From: an uncultured bacterium | GTDB lineage: Bacteria; Verrucomicrobiota; Verrucomicrobiia; Limisphaerales; UBA11358 | Length of the DNA: 64,000 nucleotides | Direction of reading: 5' to 3' | Assembly (NCBI GenBank): GCA_963723125.1 | Contig: CAVRPQ010000005.1 | Location: 174,717 to 238,716, forward strand | Part shown: piece after piece, positions 35,031 to 45,961 of the stretch | Layout of the letters: each line of letters starts with the position of its first letter | How positions within the stretch are numbered: the stretch's first letter is position 1 | The notes under the pieces: model-generated | Seen by the model: the letters and a program-made list of their open reading frames with translations, nothing else | Databases searched by the model: none | What the model was told of the DNA's origin: nothing | Made by a program: the position numbers and the translations under genes

Positions 35031-36719
35031 ATGGTTGGACGCGCATTTCTTGTTGTAATGACAACGATTTTGGTTTTCGCCGCCGAACGGATTCCGGCGG
35101 AAACCGGAACCTTTCCGGTCGCCATCCAGGTTCATGCTGACCGCCCGGTTGGCGAATGGAAACCGATCTGGCGCTTCTTTGGCGCGGACGAACCGAACTA
35201 CGCCTGCCTGCCGGACGGGCGGAAACTGCTTGGCGAGTTGGGCGCGCTGAAGACGAACGAGGTTTACTTCCGGACCCACAACCTGCTGACCAGTGGCGAT
35301 GGCACACCCGCGTTGAAGTGGGGATCAACCGACGCCTATACCGAGGATCAGCAAGGCAACCCGGTTTACAACTGGACGATTCTGGATCAGATTTTCGATA
35401 CTTATCGCGAACACGGCATCAGACCTTATGTGGAAATCGGATTCATGCCAGAGGCGCTGTCCATCAAACCGGAGCCTTATCAACATCATTGGACGCCACA
35501 CGCGAAATACAGCGAGATTTTCACTGGCTGGGCCTACCCGCCCAAAAGCTACACGAAGTGGTCGGACTTGATTTACCAGTGGGCGAAGCACGACGTGGAA
35601 CGATACGGTCACGACGAGGTCACCAACTGGTATTGGGAGACGTGGAACGAGGCGAACATTGGTTACTGGCAGGGCACGCGGCAGGAATTCTTCCGATTGC
35701 ATGATGTTGCCGTGGATGCCGTGCGGCGCGCGTTGCCCGAGGCGAAGGTCGGCGGACCGGATTCGGCAGGGGCCGGCATATTCCTGCAGCAATTCATTGA
35801 ACACTGCCTGCACGAAACGAATTTCGTCACCGGTAAAATCGGTACGCCGCTGAATTTTGTTTCCTTTCACGCAAAGGGTTCGCCGGCTTTCACGAATGGC
35901 TGCGTACGAATGGGCATTGCAAATCAATTGCACGATATCAATTCAGGCTTTCGAATTGTTTCGTCCTTTCCCGAATTAAAAGACAAACCGATTGTCATCG
36001 GCGAATCCGACCCGGATGGCTGCGCCGCGTGCCAGAACGAACAATTTGGATACCGTAACCGCCCGGTTTATGCCAGTTACACGGCGGAGTGTATTGCGCG
36101 TGAATGCGAGCTGGCCGACAAATACGGCGTAAATCTCGAGGGGGCTCTGACGTGGGCATTTGAATTTGAAGACCAACCGCCGTTTGCCGGCTTCCGCACG
36201 CTGGCCAGCGATGGCGTTGATTTGCCCGTGCTCAATGTCTTCCGGATGTTCAGCCAGATGGGCGGCCAACAACTCGCGGTGGAAAGTGACCACGCGGTCT
36301 CGCTGGATTCGATCTTGAAAGAGGGCGTCCGTGGCCAGCCTGATGTTTCAGCGCTCGCCAGCCTGGAATCCAACCGGCTGTGTGTACTGGTCTGGCATTA
36401 TCACGATGACGACATGGCCGGCCCAGCCGCGGGCATAAATCTCACACTCGACGGGCTGCCAGCCAAAATCACGAGTGCCCAGGTCCGGCATTTCCGCATC
36501 GATGCCGATCACAGCGACGCCTTCACGGTTTGGCAACAAATGGGATCACCAACGCAACCGGCCGCGAAACAATTCGCGGAACTGGAAAAGGCCGGGCAGC
36601 TCGCGGAGTTGGAGCCGCCGAAAAAAATCCGACTCAGGAATGGCCAAGGCGTTCTGCAGATAACCCTGCCACGGGAGGCGGTTTCGTTGCTGGTTGTCGA
36701 GTGGAGGATGCCTCAGTGA
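35031..36719 (+). CDS. GH39 family beta-xylosidase, secreted
   Basis: FFGADEPNY, RTHNLL, ETWNE (acid/base) and IVIGESDP (nucleophile) motifs, with a hydrophobic signal region. True start may be ATG 35006 if one C at 35012-35014 is spurious. Confidence 0.85.
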   Translation: MVGRAFLVVMTTILVFAAERIPAETGTFPVAIQVHADRPVGEWKPIWRFFGADEPNYACLPDGRKLLGELGALKTNEVYFRTHNLLTSGDGTPALKWGSTDAYTEDQQGNPVYNWTILDQIFDTYREHGIRPYVEIGFMPEALSIKPEPYQHHWTPHAKYSEIFTGWAYPPKSYTKWSDLIYQWAKHDVERYGHDEVTNWYWETWNEANIGYWQGTRQEFFRLHDVAVDAVRRALPEAKVGGPDSAGAGIFLQQFIEHCLHETNFVTGKIGTPLNFVSFHAKGSPAFTNGCVRMGIANQLHDINSGFRIVSSFPELKDKPIVIGESDPDGCAACQNEQFGYRNRPVYASYTAECIARECELADKYGVNLEGALTWAFEFEDQPPFAGFRTLASDGVDLPVLNVFRMFSQMGGQQLAVESDHAVSLDSILKEGVRGQPDVSALASLESNRLCVLVWHYHDDDMAGPAAGINLTLDGLPAKITSAQVRHFRIDADHSDAFTVWQQMGSPTQPAAKQFAELEKAGQLAELEPPKKIRLRNGQGVLQITLPREAVSLLVVEWRMPQ

Positions 36720-37510
36720 AACAGCGGATTCAACGCAAAGTGCTTCCCGACGCGATAACTGTTGGCGATGGCTTGAGTGATGTAATTTTTGGCCAGCCCG
36801 ACGGCTCGAGGCAAATCGTGACCCAACGCCAGCGCCGCCGTGATGGCCGCTGAACAGGTGCAACCCGTGCCGTGCGTGCGAACGTCCTTGATAAACGGCG
36901 CGGTTAAGAGCAGTTCCGTCCGGCCGTCGTAGAAAACATCCACGGCTTCGCGCGTTCCGCGCAAATGGCCGCCTTTGACGAGCGCCGCGCAGCCGAGGCA
37001 CGCATGAATCTGGTGGGCGGCTGCGCGCAGATCTTCCACCGAGGTCAACTTGCGCCGGGTCAGAATTTCGGTTTCGTGCAAATTGGGTGTTACGAGCGTT
37101 GCCAGCGGCAGGAGTTTTTCCATCAGAAATTTCAACGCTTTCGGTTTGAGCAATGGCGCGCCACTGGTGGCCATTATCACCGGGTCAACAACGAGCGGCA
37201 GGCGCTTGCGCTTTTCGAAGAGATCAGCGACGACGCGGACATTTTCCGCCGAGAGCAACAGGCCGGTTTTCACCGCCGCCGGATGCAATTCCTGGAAGAC
37301 TGCCTCGATTTGCTGCCGCAACATTTTCGCCGTCGTGGATTCCACGGCAAGAACACGCCGGGGATTTTGCGCGGTAAGGCAGGTAATGGCGCTGGCACCA
37401 TGGACACCAAACGCGGCGAATGTTTTCAGGTCGGCCTGGATGCCCGCCCCACCGCCGCTGTCCGAACCGGCAATGGTCAGCGCCACCGGGCAATGTGTCA
37501 TTCGTGGCAT
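36713..37510 (-). CDS. thiD: Hydroxymethylpyrimidine/phosphomethylpyrimidine kinase
   Basis: IAGSDSGGGAGIQADLKT, VDPV, TPNLHE, KGGH and HGTGC motifs. Confidence 0.95.
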   Translation of the reverse strand: MPRMTHCPVALTIAGSDSGGGAGIQADLKTFAAFGVHGASAITCLTAQNPRRVLAVESTTAKMLRQQIEAVFQELHPAAVKTGLLLSAENVRVVADLFEKRKRLPLVVDPVIMATSGAPLLKPKALKFLMEKLLPLATLVTPNLHETEILTRRKLTSVEDLRAAAHQIHACLGCAALVKGGHLRGTREAVDVFYDGRTELLLTAPFIKDVRTHGTGCTCSAAITAALALGHDLPRAVGLAKNYITQAIANSYRVGKHFALNPLFH

Positions 37511-37637
37511 GTGTTCGAGCTTATCGGAATTTGAGAAAACGGCACAGAAAAAGAAAAGTCGCCGGGAAACAAATGAACCATCCCAACGCGAAAACCACCC
37601 TTACACCGGCCAGGAGCGCAGAAGAGTCGGTCTTGCC

Positions 37638-39617
37638 TTACACGGTGAGTGAAAGGATCAAATTGTTCAACTCCTGGATGCGCGGGGGCTTGCCGACCAC
37701 CGCATCTACTTCCGGGGCAGTTTCTCCGTCCTCTTTCATTATCGTTCCCCAGCCGGTCATCATAACGATGGGTGTACCGGGAGATTCCGCCTTGATGGTT
37801 CTGGCCACCTGGTGACCGTCAATGTCCGGCATCCCCAAATCCGTTATCACCATCTGATAAGGCTGTTTCTGAAGCATCGCCGCGCGAAACATTTCCACCC
37901 CTTGTTTTCCGCCGGAGGCGGTCGTTACCTGATGATCCAGGGTGGTAAGACAATGTTTCAGCAATTCCTGTATCTGCGACTCGTCATCGATACAAAGGAT
38001 GCGCAACGAACGGCTTGGACCGTTGCGCACCGGGAGGGTCGAAACGGCCGCGTGTGAAATTTCTTCCCGCACGGGGAAGCTTAGCCGGACACAAGTCCCC
38101 TGACCGGGCGCACTTTCAATTTCAATGGCACCGTCGTGGCGACGCATCATTCCATAAACCATTGCCAATCCCAGGCCCGTTCCTCCCCGTTTGGCTTTGG
38201 TGGAGAAGAAAGGCTCCAGACAATGTTGGCGGGTTTTTTCATCCATGCCGATGCCATTGTCCCGCACCTCAATCTGAATCTGCTTTTCAGCAGGCAGGTT
38301 TTTCATCGCCGCCGGGCGGTTGACGGATCGTGCGCTCAGGGTGATGGTGCCACCCTGAGGAAGCGCGTCTATCGCATTGAAAATCAGGTTGATTAACGCC
38401 TCCCGTAAATCGCTTGGCTCACAAAGCAGTTGCGGCAACTGGGAATCCAATTCGCGCTGAACTTGTATGGAAACTGACTGCTTTTGCGAGAGATCGCGCC
38501 AGCGAGGGCGGGAGAGTTCGATCACCTCTTCAATAATCTTATTGATGTCCACCTTGGCCAGCGCCTCCGTATCGGAGCGCCGACGGTAAAATTCCCGCAT
38601 GCGCGCGACAATATGCGCAACGTCCTCGCCCGACTGGTGGATGATTTGCAAATACTGGCGTGCCGCATCGGGCAAACTCGCCTGGGTGGCGAGCAGCAAC
38701 TCAGAATAGGCGACAATGGGCGACAAGGCGTTGTTGACGTCATGGGCCACGCCACTGGCCATTTGGCCCAGGGCGCGCAGGCGTTCCTGCTGCACAACCA
38801 CCTGTTGCGTGCGGCGCAGTTCATCGTATGCCTTTTGCACGCCTTCGGTCAGGCGCACCTGGTCGTACAGGTTGCGGCATTGTTCCTCGGTGGTGAGGAT
38901 TTTGACCTGGAGCGCCTCCTTTTCGGAACGAACCTCGGCAATTTCCACGCGCATCTGCTCGGCATTGTAACGGACCTCCTCCATGACCAGCACGATCATG
39001 CTGACCGCGATAAAGAGCTGCAACACCGCCGCAATCAGAAAGCCGGCATTATACAGATTTTGATGTTCCAGAGTGAAGGGGTAGCTGGAGAGGTAAAAGC
39101 CCCACAACAAGAAGCCCAAGGCCAGCATTCCCGCTCCAACGAACGGCATCTTCTTTCGCACGCGGAAAAAGCAAACCCCCGCAAACACGCTGCCGAGGCC
39201 GATAAGGATGAAAACAGGCAATTCGATTTGGAGAACATTTGAAAGCACCTGTGGACTGACAAACGTCCAAACCAGCAGAAACAGCATAAACAAGCCAATC
39301 AAACTTTGTCGAACCGGCAGACTGAGAAAGCGCGCACTGCCCCATAAGAGGAATACCGCAGAAATAGCCACACAACATTGCCTGAGCATGAAAATGGCGT
39401 TGCCTCCGGAAAGGTGTACGGTGGTAAGCCCCAACGTCAACCACAACGCATAAAACAACCACGCCACGGTCCAAACGCTGAAATATGGCCGTTTCGTGTA
39501 ATGATTCAGATAATAAAACAGCCCCACCAATACCCAAACACTCAGCAGCGACACAAACAACGTTGCCTGCAGGTATTGTTCGGAAAAGTCCAAATGTGTA
39601 CTCGCAAATTTCATCAT
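37638..39617 (-). CDS. Membrane-bound hybrid sensor histidine kinase (TM domain-HisKA-HATPase-REC)
   Basis: About 7 N-terminal TM helices, AHDVNN H-box, NLIFNAIDA, DNGIG, GTGLGL, and a receiver with IDD, TDLGMP and KP. Confidence 0.9.
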   Translation of the reverse strand: MMKFASTHLDFSEQYLQATLFVSLLSVWVLVGLFYYLNHYTKRPYFSVWTVAWLFYALWLTLGLTTVHLSGGNAIFMLRQCCVAISAVFLLWGSARFLSLPVRQSLIGLFMLFLLVWTFVSPQVLSNVLQIELPVFILIGLGSVFAGVCFFRVRKKMPFVGAGMLALGFLLWGFYLSSYPFTLEHQNLYNAGFLIAAVLQLFIAVSMIVLVMEEVRYNAEQMRVEIAEVRSEKEALQVKILTTEEQCRNLYDQVRLTEGVQKAYDELRRTQQVVVQQERLRALGQMASGVAHDVNNALSPIVAYSELLLATQASLPDAARQYLQIIHQSGEDVAHIVARMREFYRRRSDTEALAKVDINKIIEEVIELSRPRWRDLSQKQSVSIQVQRELDSQLPQLLCEPSDLREALINLIFNAIDALPQGGTITLSARSVNRPAAMKNLPAEKQIQIEVRDNGIGMDEKTRQHCLEPFFSTKAKRGGTGLGLAMVYGMMRRHDGAIEIESAPGQGTCVRLSFPVREEISHAAVSTLPVRNGPSRSLRILCIDDESQIQELLKHCLTTLDHQVTTASGGKQGVEMFRAAMLQKQPYQMVITDLGMPDIDGHQVARTIKAESPGTPIVMMTGWGTIMKEDGETAPEVDAVVGKPPRIQELNNLILSLTV

Positions 39618-39750
39618 TCCGTTGTCCAATATGCTCCAAATCCGCCGATTTAATAAAATACAGCAAGCGGCGCGCCATTTTTCCCATTCGGAGGCGGACT
39701 TCAGGCCAGTTTCGCTTTTGAATCCTTTCAGCCACAATTATACTCAGGTC

Positions 39751-41511
39751 ATGGACAAAGATCAGGTCGCGGAAATTCTGCTCGAAATCGGAACCTTGCT
39801 GGAATTGAAAGGGGAAAACCCGTTCAAGACGCGCGCCTACCAGAACGCCGCGCGCGCCCTTGAAAGTCTGAGCGAACCGCTGGTGCACATGGTTGCCGCG
39901 AAACGGCTGGGCAAAATCAAAGGCATCGGCGAAGCGCTTGAACAAAAAATCACTGAACTGGTGGAAACCGGCAAGCTCGCCTACTACGACGCGTTGAAAG
40001 CCTCGATACCACCGGGGCTGATTGAGATGCTGGACATTCCAGGGCTTGGCCCTAAAAAAATCCAGGCGCTCAACAAAAAGCTCGGCGTGGATTCGGTGGA
40101 GAAATTGGAAGCGGCATGCCGGGCGGGCAAGGTCGCGCAACTCGACGGCTTCGGCGAGAAGACGCAGACGAATTTGATTGAAGGCATTGAGCGCCGACGC
40201 ACCTACGCTGCAAAACACCTGTTGAGCGACGCTTTATTGGTGGCCGAACCATTGCTGGAGGTTCTGCGCAGGCATCCGGATGTCATCCGATGTAGCGCGG
40301 CCGGCAGCCTGCGGCGGTTCAAGGAGGTCATCGGCGATATTGATTTGCTGGCCTCGTCGAAAAAGCCGTCGGCCGTGATAGAATTTTTTGTTGGGCAGCG
40401 GGATGTCATCAAAATCACCGCCAAAGGCGAGACGAAGGCGAGTGTCATCGTTAAAGGCGGTCTACAATGTGATTTGCGGGTGGTCAGTGACCGGGAATTT
40501 CCGTTTGCCCTCGCCTATTTTACCGGCAGCAAGGAACACAACATCGTGATGCGCCAGCGCGCGATTCAGCGCGGGCTGCGTTTGAATGAATACGGCCTGT
40601 TCAAATCCAAAACTGAAACCCGTGATCCCAAATTGCTCGTGCCGTGCCGGGACGAAACGGAAATCTTTGCGAAGCTGGATCTGCCGTTTGTGCCCCCGGA
40701 GCTGAGGGAGGACCACGGTGAATTCGCCGCTGCTGAGAAGAACGACCTGCCCAGACTTGTCGAGTGGACGGACTTAAAGGGCGCGCTGCACAACCATTCG
40801 ATCTGGAGCGACGGACACAATCGCCTGGAGGAAATTGCCGAATACATGGAAGGACTGGGGCTGGAATATTGGGCCATCACCGACCATTCAAAATCCTCGT
40901 TCCAGGCCAATGGTCTTGATGCGAAACGTGTCCGCCAACAGATAAGAGAAATCGGAAAGATCAACGATCAACTCGCTGAGCGGGGCCGTGAATTCCGGCT
41001 CCTCACGGGTTGTGAGGTGGACATTTTACGCGACCGGCTGGATTTCGATGATGAGCTGTTGGCGGAATTGGAAGTGGTGGTTGCGAGTTTGCATGTGCCG
41101 TCCAATAACGAAGCCGAAAACACAAAACGGCTGATTCGTGCGGCGCAAAATCCCTTCGTCCACATGATTGCCCATCCCACCGGCCGGCTATTGCTTGAGC
41201 GCGAACCGTATCCGGTCAATACCCAGGCCGTGATTGATGCCTGCGCGGGAACCGGCACGTGGATTGAACTGAATTGCAACCCGCATCGGCTCGATTTGGA
41301 CTGGCGGCTTTGGCCTTATGCCAGGAGCAAGGGTGTTAAGTGTGTCATCAATCCAGACGCGCACCGGAATGAACACAGCGGATTTCTTCGATTTGGCACT
41401 GGAATTGCGGCTAAAGGCTGGTTGGAGAGGCAAGATGTGGTGAACACATCTCCTCTCAAAGCCTTATTTGAAAAGTTAAAATTCAAGCGCCTGAAAAACA
41501 AGACGCTTTAA
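39751..41511 (+). CDS. polX: DNA polymerase X with PHP domain
   Basis: GENPFK, HhH motifs, AGSLRR, GDIDLL, CDLR and YFTGSKEHN. PHP motifs HNH, TDH, AHP and DAH. Confidence 0.94.
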   Translation: MDKDQVAEILLEIGTLLELKGENPFKTRAYQNAARALESLSEPLVHMVAAKRLGKIKGIGEALEQKITELVETGKLAYYDALKASIPPGLIEMLDIPGLGPKKIQALNKKLGVDSVEKLEAACRAGKVAQLDGFGEKTQTNLIEGIERRRTYAAKHLLSDALLVAEPLLEVLRRHPDVIRCSAAGSLRRFKEVIGDIDLLASSKKPSAVIEFFVGQRDVIKITAKGETKASVIVKGGLQCDLRVVSDREFPFALAYFTGSKEHNIVMRQRAIQRGLRLNEYGLFKSKTETRDPKLLVPCRDETEIFAKLDLPFVPPELREDHGEFAAAEKNDLPRLVEWTDLKGALHNHSIWSDGHNRLEEIAEYMEGLGLEYWAITDHSKSSFQANGLDAKRVRQQIREIGKINDQLAERGREFRLLTGCEVDILRDRLDFDDELLAELEVVVASLHVPSNNEAENTKRLIRAAQNPFVHMIAHPTGRLLLEREPYPVNTQAVIDACAGTGTWIELNCNPHRLDLDWRLWPYARSKGVKCVINPDAHRNEHSGFLRFGTGIAAKGWLERQDVVNTSPLKALFEKLKFKRLKNKTL

Positions 41512-41707
41512 TGACGCCGCGAGATCCTGGATACCGACGTTGTTGCAGAAAAAGCAAAAAATGATGTTTGACAGGATTCTTATTTTATTGATATTTAGAC
41601 GGTAGTCAAAACTGGCGTGAATTTGTCGTTTGGAATTGTCGTTAATTATTTGTATCCTTGAACATCAAAAAGATGTCAAGTAGTGTAGCGGTATAGAACA
41701 TAGCCCT

Positions 41708-43010
41708 ATGAGAAAATTTTTTGTCTGTGCGGGTCTGGCGCTAGCGGGAACGACGGGCCTTCAAGCTGCTTACGCGCCGGATTTAAACCAGTTGGAAACC
41801 GCCAAGCTGTGGAGTGTGTCGGGCACCTTGCGGGGGTTTTATGATGACAACTACAACACCGCACCGGACGGGCCAACCAAGCGCGACAGTTTTGGATTCG
41901 AACTCAGTCCTTCCCTCAGTTTGAACGTGCCGTTGCAACAGACGGAATTGGGGCTGAAATACACCTACGGTTTGTATTATTACCAGGATCGGGAACAAAT
42001 TGACGGGAGACCGATTGATCAAACGCATCAGCTTGATTTGTGGGTGGACCATGCATTCACCGAACGCTGGGAGGCGAAGGTGCAGGACTCCTTGGCGGTG
42101 GGTCAGGAACCGGAACTGATTAATGGCGGTACAATATATCGCACGGAGGGTGATAACGTTCACAATATGGCAGCCATTTCGGTGGACACGCAATGGACGC
42201 GGCTGCTCGGCACGGTACTCAGTTACCAAAACAATTTTTATGACTTTCAACAAAGCGGAGGTAACACCACCTTCCCTTACAATAACCCAAGTCTTGCCGG
42301 ACTGCTGAATCGGGATGAGCATGATATTCTCATTGAATGTGAACTGGCAATTGCAGCCGACACTGTTGGCGTTTGTCGGTTACCAATTTGGGTTGATTAA
42401 TTATACCGCGAACGAGCCTATTGGTGTTGCTACCATAGCCCCAATTGTCACCTTCTACAGTGATAACCGCGACAACTGGTCGCAGTACGGGTATGTCGGC
42501 GCGCAATATAATCCGTTGGATAATTTGACCCTTGCGGCACAGGCGGGCATTCAATACGCAGATTATTACAATCCTCCAGCTGGCGCTCCCTCAACCGACC
42601 AACTTTCTCCTTACGCAAAACTATCGGGAACTTATACCTATTTACCGGGAAGTTATGTGGAGGCAGGCTTCACCCAGAGTCGGAATGCGACGTTTGTCGT
42701 TGCAATAAGCGGCAACAGCGTCACCTTGGACCAGGAAAGTTCGGTGGTTTATGCCACTCTTAACCACCAGATTACCCCAAGATTGGCCGGTAACATTACG
42801 GGCCAGATCCAATACTCGACTTTCAATGGCGGCGCCGCTGACGGCCAGTCGCAAACCTGGTACAGCGTGGGATTGAATCTGGCTTACACCATTAATCCAC
42901 ATGTCTCGGCTGAAATTGGTTATAATTATGACGATGTCAACTCACCCGCGTCGATCCAGGCAGGGTATGACCGTAACCGCATTTATTTGGGTGTCACCGG
43001 CACTTATTGA
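41708..43010 (+). CDS. EPS-locus outer-membrane beta-barrel protein, split by a 1-nt insertion near 42329
   Basis: ORFs 41708-42400 and 42315-43010 join as ...RDEHDISLNVNWQ... if one base is removed. Signal peptide, YDDN motif, amphipathic beta strands and a C-terminal aromatic residue (GVTGTY). Confidence 0.78.
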
Positions 43011-43049
43011 CCAGAAAGCATTGGCGTGAGATGTTTTGAACGTTAGCAG

Positions 43050-43086
43050 GGGAGCGGGAGTCTCTACTCTAGCTCCTATTTTTTTT
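43050..43086 (+). terminator. Intrinsic terminator-like hairpin between the barrel gene and wzc
   Basis: GGGAGC-GGGAGT-ctct-ACTCTA-GCTCCT followed by ATTTTTTTT. Confidence 0.55.
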
Positions 43087-43091
43087 GAATT

Positions 43092-45242
43092 ATGGATCCA
43101 TCAAAACCCGATTCGATGCAGGACGCAAAACTGCATTTCTTGGATTATTTGCGCATTTTGCGCATTCGCAAGGCCATCATCATCACCGTCTTTTTGATCA
43201 CGTTTACCATTGCCACCGTGGTAACGTTTATTCTGCCGGAATCCTATTCCAGCACCGCCCGAATCAAGATTGAACCTGACACCATTTCAGACATTCAAGG
43301 TGTTAGCGGCGGGGCCGCTGACTCCACCTATGCCCCCTACGATCCTTATTTCATCCAAACCGCGTTCGAAATCATCCAGGACCAGGTGGTGCTCAGCAAG
43401 GTTATCGCCAAGCTGGATTTAAATACCGAATGGGGCAAACGGTACAATGACGGCGTGCCGTTACAGACTCCCATCACCATGAAGATGCTCGAGCGGCGAC
43501 TGGCTCTTGACCCGGTCCGGAACACCAAATTAATCGAAATCACGGTTTACGACGAAGATAAAAACATGGCGGCGAACATTGCCAACGCCATTGTGGACTC
43601 TTATCGCGATTACCGGTCGAGCCTGCGCAGTGAACAAACCGTGCGCGGCATCAAGGCCTTGCAGGATCAGTATCAGGAAGACGAAGCGAAAATTGACGCC
43701 GCCCAGCAGAAAGTGGATCAGTTACGCAGTGATCTGCACGTTAATGATTACGATCCCAACTCCACCAGCCCATCCCCCACCCTGACTGCAGAGGAATTGC
43801 GAGTTATCAATAACCAGATGATTGAAGGTGAGGCGCAATACATGAAGCTTGAAAAAGAGGTGTCTGAACTGCAACCATTAAGCCCGGAAAAATTAAGAGA
43901 TGTTCTGCCCACCGTGGTTCAAGACTCGACGCTGTCTGATTTGCTGGTCAAATTGAACACCGCCAAACAGAACTTTGTCAGTCTGACGAACGATTACTCG
44001 CCGGCAAATCCGGATGTCATCCGTATTCAATCCCTGATTGACGAGTTGAATAATGAAATCAATGACCGGGTCAGCGGCATTATGGCGGGACTGAACAGCC
44101 AGGTGCAATCCCAGAAGGCCGCGCTTGATACGTTGACTGACTCGGTGAATGAGGCAAAACAGAAAGACCTGGATGACGCCGCGAGAACTCAGCCGTATTG
44201 GGAGGAAAAACGCAAGCTGGAGACTATGTTGGATTTTCACCGGTTGCTGTCCACAAAGATTGAAGCCGAAAAAATTGACATGAACATTCCCAAGACCGGC
44301 ATGGTGGAAATTGTTCGCCGGGCCGAACCGGGTAAAGACCCCGTCCGCCCGAACAAAACTTTGAACATCGTTCTGGGTGTGGTGGTGGGGCTGGTTGTCG
44401 GCATTGGTCTGGCTTTCTTCATTGAATATCTGGATACCAGCGTTAAGACCATTGACGAGGTGGAACGCGCGTTCCAAGCGCCTGTACTTGGTGTCATTCC
44501 CCAGAACGTTGGTTATTTGCTGGAGGAAGGGCCGGACAGCCAGCATGCCGAGGCCTACCGGGTCTTGCGAACTCATTTTTTGTTCTCCCGGAAGGACGAC
44601 AAACTCAACAGCATCGTCATCATCAGCGCCGGCATGGGCGAAGGCAAATCCACCACCGCTCTGAATCTCGCCACCGTTTTTGCCCAGGCGGGCCAGCGGG
44701 TCGTGATCGTGGACTCGGACCTCCGTCGCCCGACCCTTCACAAAATTCTTCGCATCAGCAATAATGTGGGTTTGACCAATTATCTATTGAAACAAAATTC
44801 ACTGGAGGAAGTCATTCAAACCACGCCGGTGCCGATGCTCGATTTCATGGCCAGCGGCAAACTGCCGAGCAGTTCCATGAGCATCCTTAATTCGCTCCAG
44901 ATGAAAAACCTGATCGCCGAATTAAAGCAGCGTTACGATTTTGTATTTTTTGATTCACCGCCCATCCTGGGCGTCAGTGATGCCGCGGTGCTCGCCAGCG
45001 AAGTGGACATGGCCATCCAGGTCATCCAATATCGCCGGTACCCGCAACCGATGAACATTCGTGCCAAACAATTGATCGAAAAAGCCGGCGGCAATCTCGT
45101 TGGTATCGTTCTTAACAACATCACCATGTCGCAGGACGAAGGCTATTATTACTACTATTCACGCAACGAAGACGAAGTGGAAGCCACACCTCAAAGCACG
45201 GTGGACGACCCGACCAAGGTTGGCATCAAACAAAAGTATTGA
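43092..45242 (+). CDS. wzc: Polysaccharide co-polymerase / tyrosine autokinase (Wzc-like)
   Basis: Two TM segments around a coiled-coil periplasmic domain. AEAYRVLRT, GEGKST, DSDLRRP, DSPP and a C-terminal YYYYY cluster. Confidence 0.9.
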   Translation: MDPSKPDSMQDAKLHFLDYLRILRIRKAIIITVFLITFTIATVVTFILPESYSSTARIKIEPDTISDIQGVSGGAADSTYAPYDPYFIQTAFEIIQDQVVLSKVIAKLDLNTEWGKRYNDGVPLQTPITMKMLERRLALDPVRNTKLIEITVYDEDKNMAANIANAIVDSYRDYRSSLRSEQTVRGIKALQDQYQEDEAKIDAAQQKVDQLRSDLHVNDYDPNSTSPSPTLTAEELRVINNQMIEGEAQYMKLEKEVSELQPLSPEKLRDVLPTVVQDSTLSDLLVKLNTAKQNFVSLTNDYSPANPDVIRIQSLIDELNNEINDRVSGIMAGLNSQVQSQKAALDTLTDSVNEAKQKDLDDAARTQPYWEEKRKLETMLDFHRLLSTKIEAEKIDMNIPKTGMVEIVRRAEPGKDPVRPNKTLNIVLGVVVGLVVGIGLAFFIEYLDTSVKTIDEVERAFQAPVLGVIPQNVGYLLEEGPDSQHAEAYRVLRTHFLFSRKDDKLNSIVIISAGMGEGKSTTALNLATVFAQAGQRVVIVDSDLRRPTLHKILRISNNVGLTNYLLKQNSLEEVIQTTPVPMLDFMASGKLPSSSMSILNSLQMKNLIAELKQRYDFVFFDSPPILGVSDAAVLASEVDMAIQVIQYRRYPQPMNIRAKQLIEKAGGNLVGIVLNNITMSQDEGYYYYYSRNEDEVEATPQSTVDDPTKVGIKQKY

Positions 45243-45274
45243 TTCTGCGGCTGATTTGGCGAGCATTACGGTTA

Positions 45275-45961
45275 ATGAAATTGTTTTGGCAACTGTCGCG
45301 CCTGAAATGGCCGGTTTGGGGACTTTTGGCGGCTGGACTCATCTTCAACGGATGTTCATCGTCTTCCAACAACGATATTCTGTTTTCTGACAACCCTGCG
45401 CCGCCCCCGGCCGTGACCGGAGCAGAAACGGGAACCGGAACTACCGGAACCACATCAGCGGACACAACGTCAACTGATCTGACTGCCGCACGTTTTCATG
45501 TAGGTGACTCCGTCACTGTGGACTACTCGGGCACAGTCACGCCAATCCCGGAAAGTGTCCAAACCATCACGGAAGACGGCACCGTTTCTCTTCCCTACAT
45601 CGGCGCGGTTCGGGCGCTGGGCAAAACAGCGGGCGAATTGCAAACTGATATTCATGATCTCTACGTGCCCAAATACTATGTCCGGTTGACCGTCACGGTC
45701 AGTTCTCCGCAGCGCGTTTTCTACGTCGGCGGAGAAGTGAAACAACCCGGCCGCCAACTCTACATCGGTGAAACCACGGTCACCAAGGCCATTCAAGCCG
45801 CTGGCGACTTCACCGACTTTGCCAATCAGAAGAAGGTCCAGCTCATCCGCCACAACGGCGAGGTCATCACCGTCAACTGTGTCAAAGCCCTGAAAGACCA
45901 GACTCTGGACCCGCCGGTTTATCCCGGCGATCAAATCCAGGTGCCGCGCCGGATTTTCTGA
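45275..45961 (+). CDS. wza: Polysaccharide export lipoprotein (Wza/GumB-like, short)
   Basis: Lipobox FNGC, DGTVSLPYIG-GKT export domain, VGGEVKQPG SLBB domain, AGDFTDFAN and PGDQIQVP. Confidence 0.82.
   Translation: MKLFWQLSRLKWPVWGLLAAGLIFNGCSSSSNNDILFSDNPAPPPAVTGAETGTGTTGTTSADTTSTDLTAARFHVGDSVTVDYSGTVTPIPESVQTITEDGTVSLPYIGAVRALGKTAGELQTDIHDLYVPKYYVRLTVTVSSPQRVFYVGGEVKQPGRQLYIGETTVTKAIQAAGDFTDFANQKKVQLIRHNGEVITVNCVKALKDQTLDPPVYPGDQIQVPRRIF

Noticed and set aside
37511-37637. TPP riboswitch upstream of thiD
   Set aside because: The conserved CUGAGA and ACCUG elements are absent on the coding strand.
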